DNA from: Saprospiraceae bacterium
GTDB taxonomy: Bacteria > Bacteroidota > Bacteroidia > Chitinophagales > Saprospiraceae
Length of the DNA stretch: 62,629 nucleotides
NCBI GenBank assembly: GCA_018224445.1
Contig: JAGTVA010000046.1
Span: 1-62,629 of the forward strand
Direction: 5' to 3'
A program made the position numbers and the translations under genes. Positions 35,653-45,204 of this stretch are shown one piece after another. Under the pieces are notes generated by a model. It made no database searches and was not told the origin of the DNA. It saw only the letters and a program-made list of their open reading frames with translations. The first letter of the stretch is position 1; every line of letters begins with the position of its first letter.

Positions 35653-38094
35653 TCACTCCCTCAAATACCGCTCAAACCAATAAAAAATTCTTCTGTATTC
35701 GTCGCTCCAACTCGACGATTCTGCAAAACCGTGGTCTTCCAATGGATAGGCCACCAGTTCCCAATCCTCTTTTCCCAGTTCGATAAGCTTTTGACTCAAC
35801 CGCACCACATCCTGGTACTGGACATTGACGTCGATAACCCCGTGCAACATAAGCAGAGGCCCCTTTAAACCAGAGGCGTGGTAAATGGGAGAACTCCTTC
35901 GGTAGGAAGTACTGTCCTCTAACGGAGTGTTGAGAATATTTGAGGTATAGCCGTGATTGTAATGTGCCCAGTCCGTAACCGAGCGCAAAGCAGCTGCTGC
36001 GGCAAATGTTTCCGGTTCGTTAAACATCGCCATGATGGATATAAAACCGCCATAGGAACCCCCGTAAATTCCGATGCGTTCCGGATCAATATCACAGTTG
36101 GAAATCAACCACCGGGCACCGTCTACCTGGTCGCTGAGATCCAGACCTCCCATGTGCCGGTATATGGCTGTCCGCCAATCCCTCCCGTAGCCACTACTCG
36201 CACGGAAGTCTATATCGAGCAAAGTATACCCATTGTCAGAGAGTATGTGGTGGAACATATATTCCCGGAAATAGGAACTCCACCAATGATGTACATTCTG
36301 AAGATAACCGGCGCCGTGTACAAAAATCACCGCTGCTCCATTGTTGCGTTCTGAGTCAGGCCGGTACAAGCGCGCGGGTACATTCGTTCCATCTGTGGCC
36401 TGGATATTCACGAGTTCCGGAATGCGCCATTCGTGTGCATCGAAAGCAGGTGTGGTGGAATGGGTGACTTTTTTCATTTCCTCGCCTGCCTTATTGGGCA
36501 TGTAATACAACTCCCAGGGTTGATTGCTGAATGAATACCGAATAGCCAGGTGATTTTGGTCAGGGGATACTGTCACCTGGTGTCCACCTTTTAGTGAAGT
36601 AATTTTTTCAAGTTTCCCATCCTCGACCGAAAGGTGATAGAAATGGTGTTCGTGAGGCCCTTCTTTGTTGGCAGTGACATAAAAGATTTTCCCATCGTGA
36701 GACAGCTTTGCCTGGATAACTTCCCAGGAGCCGGAAGTCAGTGCTTTTTTCTCCATTGTTTCCATATCGATCAGGTAGAGGTGAGAATAACCGGTTTCCT
36801 CCGACTGAAAATAAAAATGGGTATCGTTCTCCAGCCATCCTATATTCCCTTCGGTGTAGTTCCAGTTGCTGATGCCGGGGCCACCTATCCATGCCTCATC
36901 TCTTTGGTGATTCATTAGATCAAGGGATGCTTCTTCCATATTGAGCTTCATAATCCATCGATCTTTGTTGTCGAGAGAACGGATAACCACTACTGCAGTA
37001 CCTCTTTTGGAATAAAAAGGGCCGTGAAATACAACATCCCTGTCTTCTTCGAATTCCTCTTTGTAATCTCCGTCCTCTTCCGAGTGGTATTCACGCATAA
37101 AATCGGGTTTTTTGCGGATATCCGGTATTTGTTCCGTACCTACCCTATAATGAGTATCTCTCTTCATATCGTATATCCAAAATTCAAATTCTGCCTGTGG
37201 GTGGCCCACCTTGGGACGTGACCGCAGGTTTTCAACCTGTCCGGATTCTGTTACGTAATTGGGGACATCGGTATAGGTGAGATCGGGATTCTCCGACAAT
37301 CGAAAGGTAATGAACCGATTGTTGGGGCAGAGTTGTTGATTAGAAACCGATTTTTTACCTGTATAAACAGTATAAATCGGATCCTCTTTTCCATCCTCAT
37401 TTCTCTCCTTTTGTAGTTCTTGTTGAGCTTTTCTGTGGCGGAGCACTTCAAACAGTTCTAACTGATCGTTTTTCATCCAATTTTCCGATTTTGAAACGGG
37501 CGATTCACTGGATTCATTTCCGCGCTCGAAACGAATGAGTTGTTCAATCAAACCACTATTTAAATTGCGGACATAAAGGTTGCTATTAAGTGTATAGGTT
37601 ATGGAATTGCCATCGGTGGTGAACCTGGGATTGGTTTTATTATTATGAGTTCGCGTCAATCTGATCGACTCGTTTTCCTCCAGGTCCAACACAAAAAGGT
37701 CCCCCTGATTGACGTACACCATTTTTGTTCTCTCCTGATTGTAATCTCCACCCGTAGGTAAACTTATCCTTTCCTCCGGGCTCAACAATGCAGGAAATTG
37801 GTCTCCGTCAATATTCCATTGATAAGTACTGCGAATGATTTCCATCTCGGGATTCCAACTGAAAAGAATACGCTGGTTATCTGGATGCCATCTGATGTTT
37901 TCCGGTAAATAACCTACAAATTCTTCTCCTTTCATCACCTCCGCAATTAATAAGGTAGATTTATTGGATTTCTCCTGAGCATTGAGTGGACTGTGAAATA
38001 TCGGTGAAACCGAATAGAAAAAGAACACGCATATACTGGAGAAGAAAAATTTAACCAATGGTACTTTAATAGTATTTAAACTTCCTGTTATCAT
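35653..38094 (-). CDS. S9-family serine peptidase (prolyl oligopeptidase/dipeptidyl-peptidase type) with an N-terminal beta-propeller
   Basis: Catalytic GGSYGGF, later HGVIDVNV (Asp) and EDHGF (His). ATG at 38094 gives a signal/anchor MITGSLNTIKVPLVKFFFSSICVFFF. The ORF extension to 38226 overlaps the murB upstream region. Confidence 0.85.
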   Translation of the reverse strand: MITGSLNTIKVPLVKFFFSSICVFFFYSVSPIFHSPLNAQEKSNKSTLLIAEVMKGEEFVGYLPENIRWHPDNQRILFSWNPEMEIIRSTYQWNIDGDQFPALLSPEERISLPTGGDYNQERTKMVYVNQGDLFVLDLEENESIRLTRTHNNKTNPRFTTDGNSITYTLNSNLYVRNLNSGLIEQLIRFERGNESSESPVSKSENWMKNDQLELFEVLRHRKAQQELQKERNEDGKEDPIYTVYTGKKSVSNQQLCPNNRFITFRLSENPDLTYTDVPNYVTESGQVENLRSRPKVGHPQAEFEFWIYDMKRDTHYRVGTEQIPDIRKKPDFMREYHSEEDGDYKEEFEEDRDVVFHGPFYSKRGTAVVVIRSLDNKDRWIMKLNMEEASLDLMNHQRDEAWIGGPGISNWNYTEGNIGWLENDTHFYFQSEETGYSHLYLIDMETMEKKALTSGSWEVIQAKLSHDGKIFYVTANKEGPHEHHFYHLSVEDGKLEKITSLKGGHQVTVSPDQNHLAIRYSFSNQPWELYYMPNKAGEEMKKVTHSTTPAFDAHEWRIPELVNIQATDGTNVPARLYRPDSERNNGAAVIFVHGAGYLQNVHHWWSSYFREYMFHHILSDNGYTLLDIDFRASSGYGRDWRTAIYRHMGGLDLSDQVDGARWLISNCDIDPERIGIYGGSYGGFISIMAMFNEPETFAAAAALRSVTDWAHYNHGYTSNILNTPLEDSTSYRRSSPIYHASGLKGPLLMLHGVIDVNVQYQDVVRLSQKLIELGKEDWELVAYPLEDHGFAESSSWSDEYRRIFYWFERYLRE

Positions 38095-38106
38095 AGTTTT
38101 TTGCGA

Positions 38107-38114
38107 CAAATCTA
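38107..38114 (-). promoter_or_regulatory. Candidate -7 box on the minus strand (TAgaTTTG) for the S9 peptidase
   Basis: Plus-strand caaatcta, 13 nt upstream of the start at 38094. This would imply a very short leader. Confidence 0.3.
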
Positions 38115-38252
38115 AGAAAATAATAATTAATTGGCACTTACGGGCATCAAAGTGGGGGTAGAAAACCAGGATATTGAAATTATTTTGATTTACTACTTTA
38201 ATTTTGAAAAATTTTACCAACTGCATTTTTCTTTTCAGTACAAAAACTCACT

Positions 38253-38260
38253 TACCTTTG
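38253..38260 (+). promoter_or_regulatory. Candidate -7 promoter box (tacctttg) for murB
   Basis: Matches TAnnTTTG, 36 nt upstream of the ATG at 38296. Confidence 0.45.
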
Positions 38261-38295
38261 CACAGTTATTACACAACGTATCGTTTTTGAATGGG

Positions 38296-39354
38296 ATGAG
38301 GATCGAGGAAAATTACCTATTGAAAGGATTTAATACTTTTGGCTTGAACAGCATAGCCAAGGGTTTTGTGCGTGTGGATACTGAAGCCGAACTTCAGGAA
38401 TTACCGGAATTGTTAACAAAATTCAATAGCTATTTAATTTTAGGGGGAGGCAGCAATGTTCTATTGCCTGATTTTTTCGACGGTTTGGTGGTACACATCA
38501 ATATGCAGAAATTGCACAGCAGAGAGAGCGGTAATGAAGTATTGGTAAATGTCGGAGCGGGTATGAATTGGCATGAATTTGTTAAATGGACTGTCGATCA
38601 AAACTACGGTGGAATTGAAAATCTCGCCCTCATACCCGGCAAAACAGGTGCCGCACCTATTCAAAATATTGGTGCTTACGGCGTTGAAATGAAAGATGTT
38701 TTGGTCTGCCTCAAGGCTTTTCATCTCGACACAGGAAAATTTCAGGTTTACAACCACGAGGCCTGCGAAATGAAGTACAGAGACAGTGTTTTTAAAAACC
38801 GATTGATGGGAAAAGTGATCATTGCCGATATGTGGATTAAACTCACTCATCGGGATCACCAACTCAACCTCACTTACGGAGCACTAAAAAACTACCTCGA
38901 GGACAAGGGTATTGAAAGTCCTGTAATTAGAGATGTTTTTGAGTCCGTTATTGAAATAAGACAGTCTAAGTTGCCCGATCCTGCAGTGATCGGCAATGCG
39001 GGGAGTTTTTTCAAAAACCCAGTAGTCCCGTGCTCTAAAGCTGACCTTATCATGGAAAAACACCCGGACTTGGTTTTTTACCCAATAGACGACCAGCAGG
39101 TGAAAATCCCGGCCGGCTGGTTGATTGAACAATGCGGATTTAAGGGGAAATACAATGGACAGGTGGGATGCTTTGAAAAACAAGCTTTGGTACTGGTAAA
39201 TATAGGAAGCGCCAAAGCTGCTGAACTGGTGGCTCATGCCGCGGAAGTTCAATCCGCTGTTTACGCAGAATTTGGATTGATGCTTGAGCCGGAAGTAAAT
39301 ATTATTCACCCCCACCTGTACGGTGGAAAGCTAAACTTATCCTCAGTGCAATGA
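38296..39354 (+). CDS. murB: UDP-N-acetylenolpyruvoylglucosamine reductase
   Basis: LKGFNTFGL, ILGGGSNVLL (FAD binding), GIENLALIPGKTGAAPIQNIGAYG, AGSFFKNP and PAGWLIEQCGFKG motifs. ATG at 38296 gives a 352-aa protein. Confidence 0.9.
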   Translation: MRIEENYLLKGFNTFGLNSIAKGFVRVDTEAELQELPELLTKFNSYLILGGGSNVLLPDFFDGLVVHINMQKLHSRESGNEVLVNVGAGMNWHEFVKWTVDQNYGGIENLALIPGKTGAAPIQNIGAYGVEMKDVLVCLKAFHLDTGKFQVYNHEACEMKYRDSVFKNRLMGKVIIADMWIKLTHRDHQLNLTYGALKNYLEDKGIESPVIRDVFESVIEIRQSKLPDPAVIGNAGSFFKNPVVPCSKADLIMEKHPDLVFYPIDDQQVKIPAGWLIEQCGFKGKYNGQVGCFEKQALVLVNIGSAKAAELVAHAAEVQSAVYAEFGLMLEPEVNIIHPHLYGGKLNLSSVQ

Positions 39355-39551
39355 TTTGCTTCCTGTTGGGATTTACTTTTTTATAGCCATTAAGCTATTT
39401 AATTTCCCCTTTTTATTTACCCTCAGCTTTAGATAGTAATTTTAGATCTACAGGTAATTTGACTTTCCAATTTTTTTATAACTTTACCCAATTATTCAAG
39501 ATGAAACCCCCATAAATAAACCTGGTTTACTTTTTCTTTTAAACTGTCTGT

Positions 39552-40955
39552 ATGTCCAATAAATCCTGGTTGAAATTAATTCCCGATGCGGTAACCATCG
39601 TATTGTTTATAATGGCCCTGGTGGGTGTCATGACCTGGATTATTCCCGCGGGGATGTTTGAGACAGCCATTAATGAACAGGGTAGGGAAGTGGTATTGCC
39701 CGGAACCTACCACCAGGTAGAATCAGAGCCACAGGGTTTCTTTTCGTTTCTTCAGGCCCCTTTCGCCGGGATGGTTTCCGCAGCTTCCATCATCGCTTTT
39801 GTATTCATTGTAGGAGGGGCGTTCAAAGTAATTCAGGCTACGGGAGCCATCAATTCCGGATTGAAATCCATAGTATCCCTCTCTGTAGCCTATCCCAAAC
39901 TAAAAGGCGTGATGCTGGCCGTTTTGATGTTCTTCTTTTCATTGGGTGGAGCTACTTTTGGCATGGCAGAGGAGGTTTTGGTCTTTATTTTGATTACCAT
40001 TCCACTGACCATTAGAATGGGGTACGATTCTGTCACCGGAGTAGCTATTCCATTTGTAGGGGCCGGAGCCGGATTTGCCGGTGCTTTTCTAAATCCCTTC
40101 ACCATTGGAATTGCACAGGGCATTGCTGAAGTGCCAGTGTTTTCAGGATTTTATTACCGATTATTGATTTGGTTGGTTTTTACTAGTATCGCTATTTGGT
40201 TTGTCATGAGATACATGAAAAAAATCAGACTAAACCCCTCTTTCAGTCCCATGTATGATATCGACCGGGAAAGAGACCTTACGGATTTTGACAACGGTTC
40301 TGACCGTTTTACGATCAATAATAAACTGGTTTTAGGAATGCTCGGCTTGTCACTGGTTTTGCTGGTGTATGGAGTCAATAAGCACGATTGGTACATACCC
40401 GAAATTTCCGCCTTGTTTTTCGGATTGGGTCTCGCCTGTGCTGCAGTGGGAAGACTGTCAGTAAAAAAGGCCTCAGATGCCTTTGTGAAGGGTGCGGAAG
40501 AAATGGTCATGGCTGCATTGGTCATCGGGTTGGCCAGGGGAATTTTGGTCATTGCAGAAGACGGAAGAATTATCCACACCATGCTCGACTTCGCAGCAGG
40601 ACTTACGGAGGGTTTGCCCGCTTACCTTTCCGTTCAATTGATGTTTTTTCTCCAGACCTTTTTAAACTTTTTTGTTCCCTCCGGTTCGGGTCAGGCGGCC
40701 CTCACTATGCCTATCATGGCTCCGTTGAGCGACCTTATGGGCTTCTCCCGGCAGACTGCTGTTCTCGCCTACCAGTTGGGAGATGGAATTACCAATCTAA
40801 TTGTTCCTACCTCAGGGGTCCTGATGGGTATATTGGTCATAGCAAAAATTCCTTACCAGATATGGTTCCAGTGGGTTTGGAAACTGCTCCTCATCTTTTC
40901 GATTGTGGCCATGTTGTTTTTAATTCCACCGGTGGTGCTTTTTGAATGGGTGTAA
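39552..40955 (+). CDS. yfcC: YfcC-family (DcuC/AbgT-like) membrane transporter
   Basis: N-terminus LKLIPDAVTIVLFIMALVGVMTWIIPAG and the many-TM layout resemble YfcC-family putative antiporters. Confidence 0.65.
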   Translation: MSNKSWLKLIPDAVTIVLFIMALVGVMTWIIPAGMFETAINEQGREVVLPGTYHQVESEPQGFFSFLQAPFAGMVSAASIIAFVFIVGGAFKVIQATGAINSGLKSIVSLSVAYPKLKGVMLAVLMFFFSLGGATFGMAEEVLVFILITIPLTIRMGYDSVTGVAIPFVGAGAGFAGAFLNPFTIGIAQGIAEVPVFSGFYYRLLIWLVFTSIAIWFVMRYMKKIRLNPSFSPMYDIDRERDLTDFDNGSDRFTINNKLVLGMLGLSLVLLVYGVNKHDWYIPEISALFFGLGLACAAVGRLSVKKASDAFVKGAEEMVMAALVIGLARGILVIAEDGRIIHTMLDFAAGLTEGLPAYLSVQLMFFLQTFLNFFVPSGSGQAALTMPIMAPLSDLMGFSRQTAVLAYQLGDGITNLIVPTSGVLMGILVIAKIPYQIWFQWVWKLLLIFSIVAMLFLIPPVVLFEWV

Positions 40956-41076
40956 TTTTTGGATTTAAAATTTTCCTTTCCAACAATTTAACTCGTTATT
41001 TATAGTATTGCACGGGATAAAATTCATTTCACAATCAAAGACCTTCTGAATTAGCTGCCCTAAAGCCTTAATTTTT

Positions 41077-41084
41077 TATCTTTG
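41077..41084 (+). promoter_or_regulatory. Candidate -7 promoter box (tatctttg)
   Basis: Matches TAnnTTTG, 129 nt upstream of the ATG at 41213. Confidence 0.3.
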
Positions 41085-41212
41085 CGCTGTGAAAAATATA
41101 AAGTTTTATGACTGCATATTGCGATACTTCTTTCCTGAGGTAGTTTTAAACAATTTGAGGGGTAAAGCTGTCGAATAGGGGAAGTAATCGATGACCAAAA
41201 AATACTAAGTTT

Positions 41213-41998
41213 ATGACAAAATTTGAAAATATAGAGGTCGCGGTGGATGCTAAAATTGCCACCATTACCATTAACAGGCCCAAAGCACTGAATGCATTGA
41301 ATTATGAAACCATCGAAGAGTTGGGTAATGCACTGGATGAAATCCTTAATCTCGAAAACCGTCCTGCCGGAATTATCCTCACAGGTTCAGGGGATAAAGC
41401 CTTTGCTGCGGGTGCAGATTTAAAAAAATTCCCCGAGTTAGGTTTTGAAGGTGGAAAACAGTTATCCAAACAGGGCAATGAGGTATTTAATAAATTTGAA
41501 AATTCCCCTATACCCGTCATAGCCGCCATTAATGGGTTTGCATTGGGTGGTGGACTGGAACTGGCTATGGCCTGTCATCTCAGAATCGCCTCCTTCAATG
41601 CAAAAATGGGCCAACCGGAGGCAAAACTTGGGCTTACTCCGGGTTATGCTGCTACTCAGCGTTTGCCTCGTTACATAGGAAAAGCTCAAGCCCTTTACCT
41701 GTTGCTCACCGCGGAAATGATCAAGGCCGAAAGGGCATTGGAACTCGGATTGGTCAACGAAGTGGTAGAAGCCGATTCCCTGAGGGAGCGCTGCGTGGAG
41801 ATACTCAATACAATAGGAGGACTCGCTCCCCTGGCCATAACCGAGATTATCAGATGCGTAAATGCCTATTACGATCCCAAACTAGACGGATATGAGGAAG
41901 AGGTAGAATCCTTTGGAAAATGCATGGATTCCAAGGACCTTCAAGAAGGCGTTAGTGCCTTTATGGAGAAGAGAAAAGCCAACTTTACCGGTGAATAA
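41213..41998 (+). CDS. Enoyl-CoA hydratase/isomerase (crotonase) family protein
   Basis: ITINRPKALNAL, GSGDKAFAAGADL and AAINGFALGGGLELAMACH oxyanion-hole motifs. Confidence 0.85.
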   Translation: MTKFENIEVAVDAKIATITINRPKALNALNYETIEELGNALDEILNLENRPAGIILTGSGDKAFAAGADLKKFPELGFEGGKQLSKQGNEVFNKFENSPIPVIAAINGFALGGGLELAMACHLRIASFNAKMGQPEAKLGLTPGYAATQRLPRYIGKAQALYLLLTAEMIKAERALELGLVNEVVEADSLRERCVEILNTIGGLAPLAITEIIRCVNAYYDPKLDGYEEEVESFGKCMDSKDLQEGVSAFMEKRKANFTGE

Positions 41999-42060
41999 AT
42001 GTTATTTAAGTTAGTGAATCATTGGGTGTAATTTGACTATAGTGGTAAAAGAATTTTTGA

Positions 42061-43068
42061 ATGATCCAGACAGATATATTAATTATAGGTGCCGGGCCAA
42101 CCGGATTGTTTGCTGTTTTTGAAGCCGGACTGCTGCGCTTGAGATGTCATTTAATTGACTCTCTACCCCAGGCCGGTGGACAATTGACTGAAATTTATCC
42201 CAAAAAGCCCATCTACGATATACCCGGTTTTCCCGAAGTGATGGCCGGAAAGTTGGTCGATAATTTGATGGAACAAATCGCTCCTTTTAATCCGGGGTTT
42301 ACTTTAGGTGAAAGAGCTGAAACCATTGACAAACAGGAAAATGGACAGTTTGTAGTGACTACCAATAAAGGAACCCAACACCGCGCCCCTGTAGTGGCTA
42401 TTGCGGGAGGACTCGGTTCCTTTGAACCTCGGAAACCTCCCATTTCCAATATATCGGATTACGAGGACCGAGGGGTTTCTTATATAGTGAAGGATCCGGA
42501 AGTCTATCGCGGCCAACGGATAGTAATAGCAGGCGGGGGAGATTCTGCACTGGACTGGGCCATTTATCTGGCTAAAGTGGCCAGTGAAGTTACGCTGGTT
42601 CACCGCCGCGAGGGATTTAGGGGAGCGCTCGATTCTGTTGAAAAGATAAAAGAACTCAGCCAACAGGGGCGCATCAATCTATTGACGAGCGCACAGGTTG
42701 TTGGCTTGTCCGGAAACGGGCGGTTACAGGCAGTTGATGTGAATCACAAAAAGGAAGGTGCCATTAAGCTTGAGGTCGATCACTTTATTCCTCTATTTGG
42801 GTTGATTCCTAAATTGGGGCCTATTGGAGACTGGGGATTGGAAATAGAAAACAATGCGATTAAAGTAAATACCTTTGATTATTCTACCAATATTCACGGC
42901 TTGTTTGCAATAGGGGATATTAATACTTATCCGGGAAAGCTCAAACTCATATTGTGCGGATTTCACGAAGCGACCTTAATGTGCCAATCCGCATTTAAAA
43001 TTGTAAATCCCGATAAAAAGATTTCATTTAAATACACCACCGTAACCGGTATTGATGGCTTATCATAA
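42061..43068 (+). CDS. Thioredoxin-reductase-like ferredoxin-NADP+ reductase (YumC type)
   Basis: IIGAGPTGLFAVFEAG, GGQLTEIYPKKPIYDIPGFP, IAGGGDSALDWA and FAIGDINTYPGK motifs. Confidence 0.8.
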   Translation: MIQTDILIIGAGPTGLFAVFEAGLLRLRCHLIDSLPQAGGQLTEIYPKKPIYDIPGFPEVMAGKLVDNLMEQIAPFNPGFTLGERAETIDKQENGQFVVTTNKGTQHRAPVVAIAGGLGSFEPRKPPISNISDYEDRGVSYIVKDPEVYRGQRIVIAGGGDSALDWAIYLAKVASEVTLVHRREGFRGALDSVEKIKELSQQGRINLLTSAQVVGLSGNGRLQAVDVNHKKEGAIKLEVDHFIPLFGLIPKLGPIGDWGLEIENNAIKVNTFDYSTNIHGLFAIGDINTYPGKLKLILCGFHEATLMCQSAFKIVNPDKKISFKYTTVTGIDGLS

Positions 43069-43397
43069 TGGAAAACAGTGAAATTGTCGTATTCGTAACA
43101 GACAGAGAGGGCAGTGAACACACTATTGAAGTTCCCGTGGATATGAACCTCAATTTAATGGAGGTAATGAAGGGCTCTGATTTAGATGTAAAAGCAACCT
43201 GTGGTGGAATGGCTCTTTGCTCTACCTGTCACGTCTATGTACTTTCGACCCACTCATTGCCGGAACCCACAGATGCTGAAGAGGATATGTTGGACCAGGC
43301 GTTTGACGTAGAAGACAACAGCAGACTCGGATGCCAGATAAAAATAAGCGCTGAATTAAATGGGCTAAAAGTAAAACTCGCACCGGAAGGGGCTTGA
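43068..43397 (+). CDS. Adrenodoxin-type [2Fe-2S] ferredoxin
   Basis: CGGMALCSTCHV (C-x5-C-x2-C) plus a distal Cys in SRLGCQI. The start overlaps the reductase stop (TAATG). Confidence 0.85.
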   Translation: MENSEIVVFVTDREGSEHTIEVPVDMNLNLMEVMKGSDLDVKATCGGMALCSTCHVYVLSTHSLPEPTDAEEDMLDQAFDVEDNSRLGCQIKISAELNGLKVKLAPEGA

Positions 43398-43400
43398 CAC

Positions 43401-43424
43401 CATACTTGGGCCGGCTTAAGTATG
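43401..43424. terminator. Small hairpin between convergent genes (catactt...aagtatg)
   Basis: 7-bp arms at 43401-43407 and 43418-43424 with a GC-rich loop. No T-run. Confidence 0.25.
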
Positions 43425-43433
43425 CGTGACTTG

Positions 43434-43823
43434 CTATCCCCCCGTTTCTTTTTTCAATTGACTGATTTGATTTGACCAAAGCTGCTTTTGGTCGTCTACT
43501 TCACCCTCGTCAGCAAAATCAGTGATTTCCAGTATGGTCTCACCTGTCACGGCCGAGGAACTCAAGCGATACTCAAAATATTCATCTTCGGATTCGGCGT
43601 CCAGCCATCTGAATCTCAATCGCTCCTCTTCAATATCGTCTACCAATTCAGCGACTTCCTCATATCCCTCCCAGGAAAAGGTGTAGGTGTCTTCCTGTAT
43701 GTCGACTCCGTCGCAAAACCAACGGACAAGACAAGAGGGTGCAGTGAAGAACTTGTATAGTATCGCAGGAGAAGCTTTAAAAAGAAACTCCATATCAAAT
43801 TTTTCCCTTTTCATTTGTTTCAT
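43434..43823 (-). CDS. START-like/SRPBCC-like small acidic protein, function unknown
   Basis: 129 aa. FKASPAILYKFFTAPSCLVRWFCD resembles the N-terminus of Bacteroidota START-like domain proteins. Assigned from memory only. Confidence 0.45.
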   Translation of the reverse strand: MKQMKREKFDMEFLFKASPAILYKFFTAPSCLVRWFCDGVDIQEDTYTFSWEGYEEVAELVDDIEEERLRFRWLDAESEDEYFEYRLSSSAVTGETILEITDFADEGEVDDQKQLWSNQISQLKKETGG

Positions 43824-44022
43824 TTTTTATTGACTGATTGATCTATTAAAACGCGGTATTATACACACTCTTTTTTTAATAGCACAATTAAATCTATTTT
43901 TTAATTCGCATAACCAATATTATTGGTGGCGCAAATTAAATCAATTTTGACCCTATTTATAAATTTTATCGCATAAATTATAATAAATTGAACTTTTTAT
44001 CCAAAAAGGACTTTGTTACATA

Positions 44023-44030
44023 TAATTTTG
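44023..44030 (+). promoter_or_regulatory. Candidate -7 promoter box (taattttg) upstream of rpoD
   Basis: Matches TAnnTTTG, about 167 nt upstream of the ATG at 44197. Confidence 0.3.
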
Positions 44031-44196
44031 CGTGCCAAATAAATGGACCGGGTTTTCAAATAATATGAATAACGCAATTATAATTTTCACAAAGAGTTTA
44101 TAGTGTTTAAATTTTGTGTCTTTGAGTTTTGCTTCATCCATTTCTCAATAGGCACATTTTTTGTATGTAATTAGTTCGAATAAAAAAGACTATTGA

Positions 44197-45066
44197 ATGA
44201 GACAGTTAAAAATAACTAAATCCATTACCAATCGGGAGAGTCAATCTCTCGAAAAATACTTACAGGAAATCGGCAAGGTCGACCTGCTCACTCCGGAAGA
44301 AGAGGTGGACTTGGCCAAAAGGATCAAGGAGGACGATCAGGAAGCTCTTGAAAAATTGACCAAGGCCAATCTGCGATTTGTCGTTTCTGTGGCCAAGCAA
44401 TATCAAAATCAGGGGCTTTCGCTCAGTGAATTGATCAACGAGGGGAACCTGGGCTTAATTAAGGCTGCACAGAGGTTTGATGAAACGCGGGGTTTTAAAT
44501 TTATTTCCTACGCCGTTTGGTGGATCAGACAATCTATTCTTCAGGCACTGGCCGAACAATCAAGGATTGTGCGACTTCCCCTAAACAAAGTGGGATCATT
44601 GAATAAGATCAACCGGGCATTCTCCGAACTGGAACAGGAATACGAACGGGAGCCTTCCGCCGAGGAACTTTCGGATCAATTGGAAATTTCTTCTGAAGAG
44701 GTTGAAAAAACATTGGGAGTGGCTTCGCGTCACGTCAGTGTAGATGCCCCTTTTGTCGAAGGAGAGGACAATACCCTGTTGGATGTGCTGGAAAACAACA
44801 CCACGCCGGATACCGATCTGGGTTTGGACTACACAGACTCATTGCGCAAAGAAATCGAGCGCTCATTGGGAACGCTGACCGATAGGCAAAGTGATGTGAT
44901 TAAACTCTATTTTGGAATTGGGGTCGAACATCCCATGTCTCTGGAGGACATCGGAGACCGGTTTGGGTTAACCAGAGAGCGGGTGAGACAGATTAAAGAC
45001 AAAGCCATCAATAAATTGCGAGCCACTTCGAGGAGTAAATTATTGAAAAACTACTTAGCTCTATAG
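44197..45066 (+). CDS. rpoD: Primary RNA polymerase sigma factor (Bacteroidota sigma-A, short form)
   Basis: Region 2 [38 protein letters not shown]...[11 protein letters not shown]. Region 4 [14 protein letters not shown]. Confidence 0.9.
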   Translation: MRQLKITKSITNRESQSLEKYLQEIGKVDLLTPEEEVDLAKRIKEDDQEALEKLTKANLRFVVSVAKQYQNQGLSLSELINEGNLGLIKAAQRFDETRGFKFISYAVWWIRQSILQALAEQSRIVRLPLNKVGSLNKINRAFSELEQEYEREPSAEELSDQLEISSEEVEKTLGVASRHVSVDAPFVEGEDNTLLDVLENNTTPDTDLGLDYTDSLRKEIERSLGTLTDRQSDVIKLYFGIGVEHPMSLEDIGDRFGLTRERVRQIKDKAINKLRATSRSKLLKNYLAL

Positions 45067-45121
45067 GCTTTTATAGGAAATTTTGAGTTGGGAAACTCTA
45101 TAGTTTAAATCAGATTCAGAA

Positions 45122-45155
45122 GGGAAGTCTCAAAAGGGCTTCCCTTTCTTGTTTT
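45122..45155 (+). terminator. Rho-independent terminator after rpoD
   Basis: gggaag (45122-45127) pairs with cttccc (45139-45144), followed by tttcttgtttt. Confidence 0.65.
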
Positions 45156-45204
45156 AAAGAAAAAAAATATCCATTTTTGCAGAAATTTTAAACCCCCTCT
45201 TGCA

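Noticed and set aside
38095-38295. Long N-terminal extensions of the S9 peptidase (to 38226) and murB (from 38131), which would overlap each other on opposite strands
   Set aside because: Internal ATGs at 38094 and 38296 give a proper signal peptide and a canonical MurB N-terminus respectively. Each is preceded by a TAnnTTTG-like box. The extensions are AT-rich promoter DNA.
40388-40945. 185-aa alternative-frame ORF inside the YfcC transporter gene
   Set aside because: It is an out-of-frame overlap with a coherent multi-TM transporter ORF. Its product is Arg/Gly/Cys-rich and not protein-like.
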